A DNA stretch of 64,000 nt from a virus. Made by a program: the position numbers and the translations under genes. Below are positions 62,739 to 64,000 of the stretch, piece by piece. Below the pieces are notes generated by a model. That model made no database searches and had not been told where the DNA came from. It saw nothing but the letters and a program-made list of their open reading frames with translations. The stretch covers positions 64,001 to 128,000 of IMG/VR virus record IMGVR_UViG_3300015371_000001. The stretch is one strand, 5' to 3'. How positions within the stretch are numbered: the first letter of the stretch is position 1; every line of letters begins with the position of its first letter.

Positions 62739-62831
62739 GGTTATCGTACGGACATCCGTCCGGGGGCGACGGTGTTGATCTTCGGCAACCTGATTCAGTA
62801 GGGTCTGGTCCTGTTCAGGAGGCAGCCAGTT

Positions 62832-63536
62832 GTGAACGCTTATCTCGATGACGAGACGCTGACCGAGGTCGACCCGTACGCGGCCCCAGCCAACGACGAG
62901 GAGGTGTTCAGGAAGTACTACCGGTACGTCCAACACCTTGTCGGCAAGCTCGGTGTTCCGGAGGGGATGAAGGAGGACGTAGCCGCTGACATCTTGTGTC
63001 GCTTCTACGAGCGTCACATGTTGGAGGAGTACGACCCAGAGCTTGAGTTCGAGATCGACGGACGGAAGCGACCGGCGCGGTTCCTGACGTTCCTGTCCGG
63101 CTTCGTGACCACCTACACCCTGGGGAAGAAGGAACGTCATCTGAAGCGTGAGGGCCGGGAGCCCAAGATCGCTGACGCACCGTATCGAGACACCGGGTCT
63201 CCCTGGATTGAGATGTTCGGCCCGGTCCAGCCGTCGGACCACTCCGAGGTAGAAGCAGCGGATCTGATCTCGTGCATCCGCGCCTTCCTTGTTGAGGTGC
63301 CGCGCAAGTCGGATCGTGACCGTTGTGACCTCCCCCGGCTGTTCGATCTCGTCACTGAGATGACTTGGAACGACGGCAAGATCGACGCCAAGGAGTTGAT
63401 GCGCGAGTTCGGGATCTCGTACTCCGCGATCCACTCGTGGCTGCGCTACCTCCAGACGCAGGTTCAGGAGGCGATGGAGTCGTTGGGCTTCGAGCGCACT
63501 GAGCGGCGTGGCTGGGTTCTAGCTCGGCCTTGCTGA
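62832..63536 (+). CDS. divergent sigma-factor-like protein
   Basis: FRKYY..V...V.K.GV....EDV..DI...F.TFL (region-2-like) and C-terminal HTH KEL..EFGIS.S.I..W. Confidence 0.6.
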   Translation: MNAYLDDETLTEVDPYAAPANDEEVFRKYYRYVQHLVGKLGVPEGMKEDVAADILCRFYERHMLEEYDPELEFEIDGRKRPARFLTFLSGFVTTYTLGKKERHLKREGREPKIADAPYRDTGSPWIEMFGPVQPSDHSEVEAADLISCIRAFLVEVPRKSDRDRCDLPRLFDLVTEMTWNDGKIDAKELMREFGISYSAIHSWLRYLQTQVQEAMESLGFERTERRGWVLARPC

Positions 63537-64000
63537 TGCGCTTCTACGGCCACGAGAAGCAGCGGCAAGCCCTGGAGTCGCACCTACCGCCAGTCGTGCT
63601 CCTACGAGGCCCACAGAGCGTTGGGAAGTACACCTTGGGTCTCTGGCTCCACGAGTACCACCGGTTCTCCTCGTCTGACCTGAGATTGGTCGAGAAGCTG
63701 TACGTGGAGGAGGCCCGTGATCTACAGCGATTCGCTGTAACGTCCCCGGTAGGCCGACACAAGCTGGCACTGGCCCGGCTGGACGGCGCGAGCGAACCGG
63801 CGCTCAACGCCATGCTCAAGACGTTGGAGGAGCCGCCGCCGACGATCAGCTTCGTGCTGACCGCGTCGGACTCCACGTTGGACACCGTGATGTCGAGGGC
63901 TCACCTCGTCAACATGGGATTGCTCGCCGATGAGGATGTCCGAGGAGTCTTGGTCCAGCGGATGGGACTTGACCCGGCTCTCGCCGCCAGGGCCGCACGG
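63536..64000 (+). CDS. DNA polymerase III clamp-loader delta'/tau-like AAA+ subunit (partial, runs off window)
   Basis: FYGHE, LLRGPQSVGK, ALNAMLKTLEEPP...FVL...L.TV.SR. Confidence 0.85.
   Translation, partial: MRFYGHEKQRQALESHLPPVVLLRGPQSVGKYTLGLWLHEYHRFSSSDLRLVEKLYVEEARDLQRFAVTSPVGRHKLALARLDGASEPALNAMLKTLEEPPPTISFVLTASDSTLDTVMSRAHLVNMGLLADEDVRGVLVQRMGLDPALAARAAR

Overview
64 kb of a large, GC-rich tailed phage (siphovirus-type) with all credible genes on the + strand. WhiB, a WhiG/FliA-like sigma and HIT, SPFH and ParB-like genes point to an actinobacterial host. Layout: 1-21.6 kb is the tail module (major tail protein, frameshifted chaperone, 2618-aa tape measure with cell-wall enzyme domains, Dit, glycoside hydrolase, 1749-aa tail tip/fibre) plus membrane/holin genes. 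21.6-42.5 kb holds a SNF2 helicase, HIT, sigma factor, many small accessory genes and DnaB. 42.5-49.6 kb is a second, displaced virion-protein module. 49.7-64 kb holds more accessory genes, an endolysin, a primase Zn domain, a second sigma-like gene and a partial clamp loader. Best candidates for new biology: (1) about 20 non-structural genes share an extended ribosome-binding motif GGAGGCAG(C/T), and the only antisense copy I found (GCTGCCTCCAA) lies in a terminator-ended intergenic region at about 62.03-62.16 kb. This looks like a phage sRNA aimed at the RBS of a whole regulon. (2) A ubiquitin-like protein ending in Gly-Gly is followed by two paralogous Cys proteins with a possible E2-like fold. 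(3) A CCGATAA late-promoter motif matches the phage's own sigma-28-type factor. All family calls are from motif recognition by eye, without database searches.
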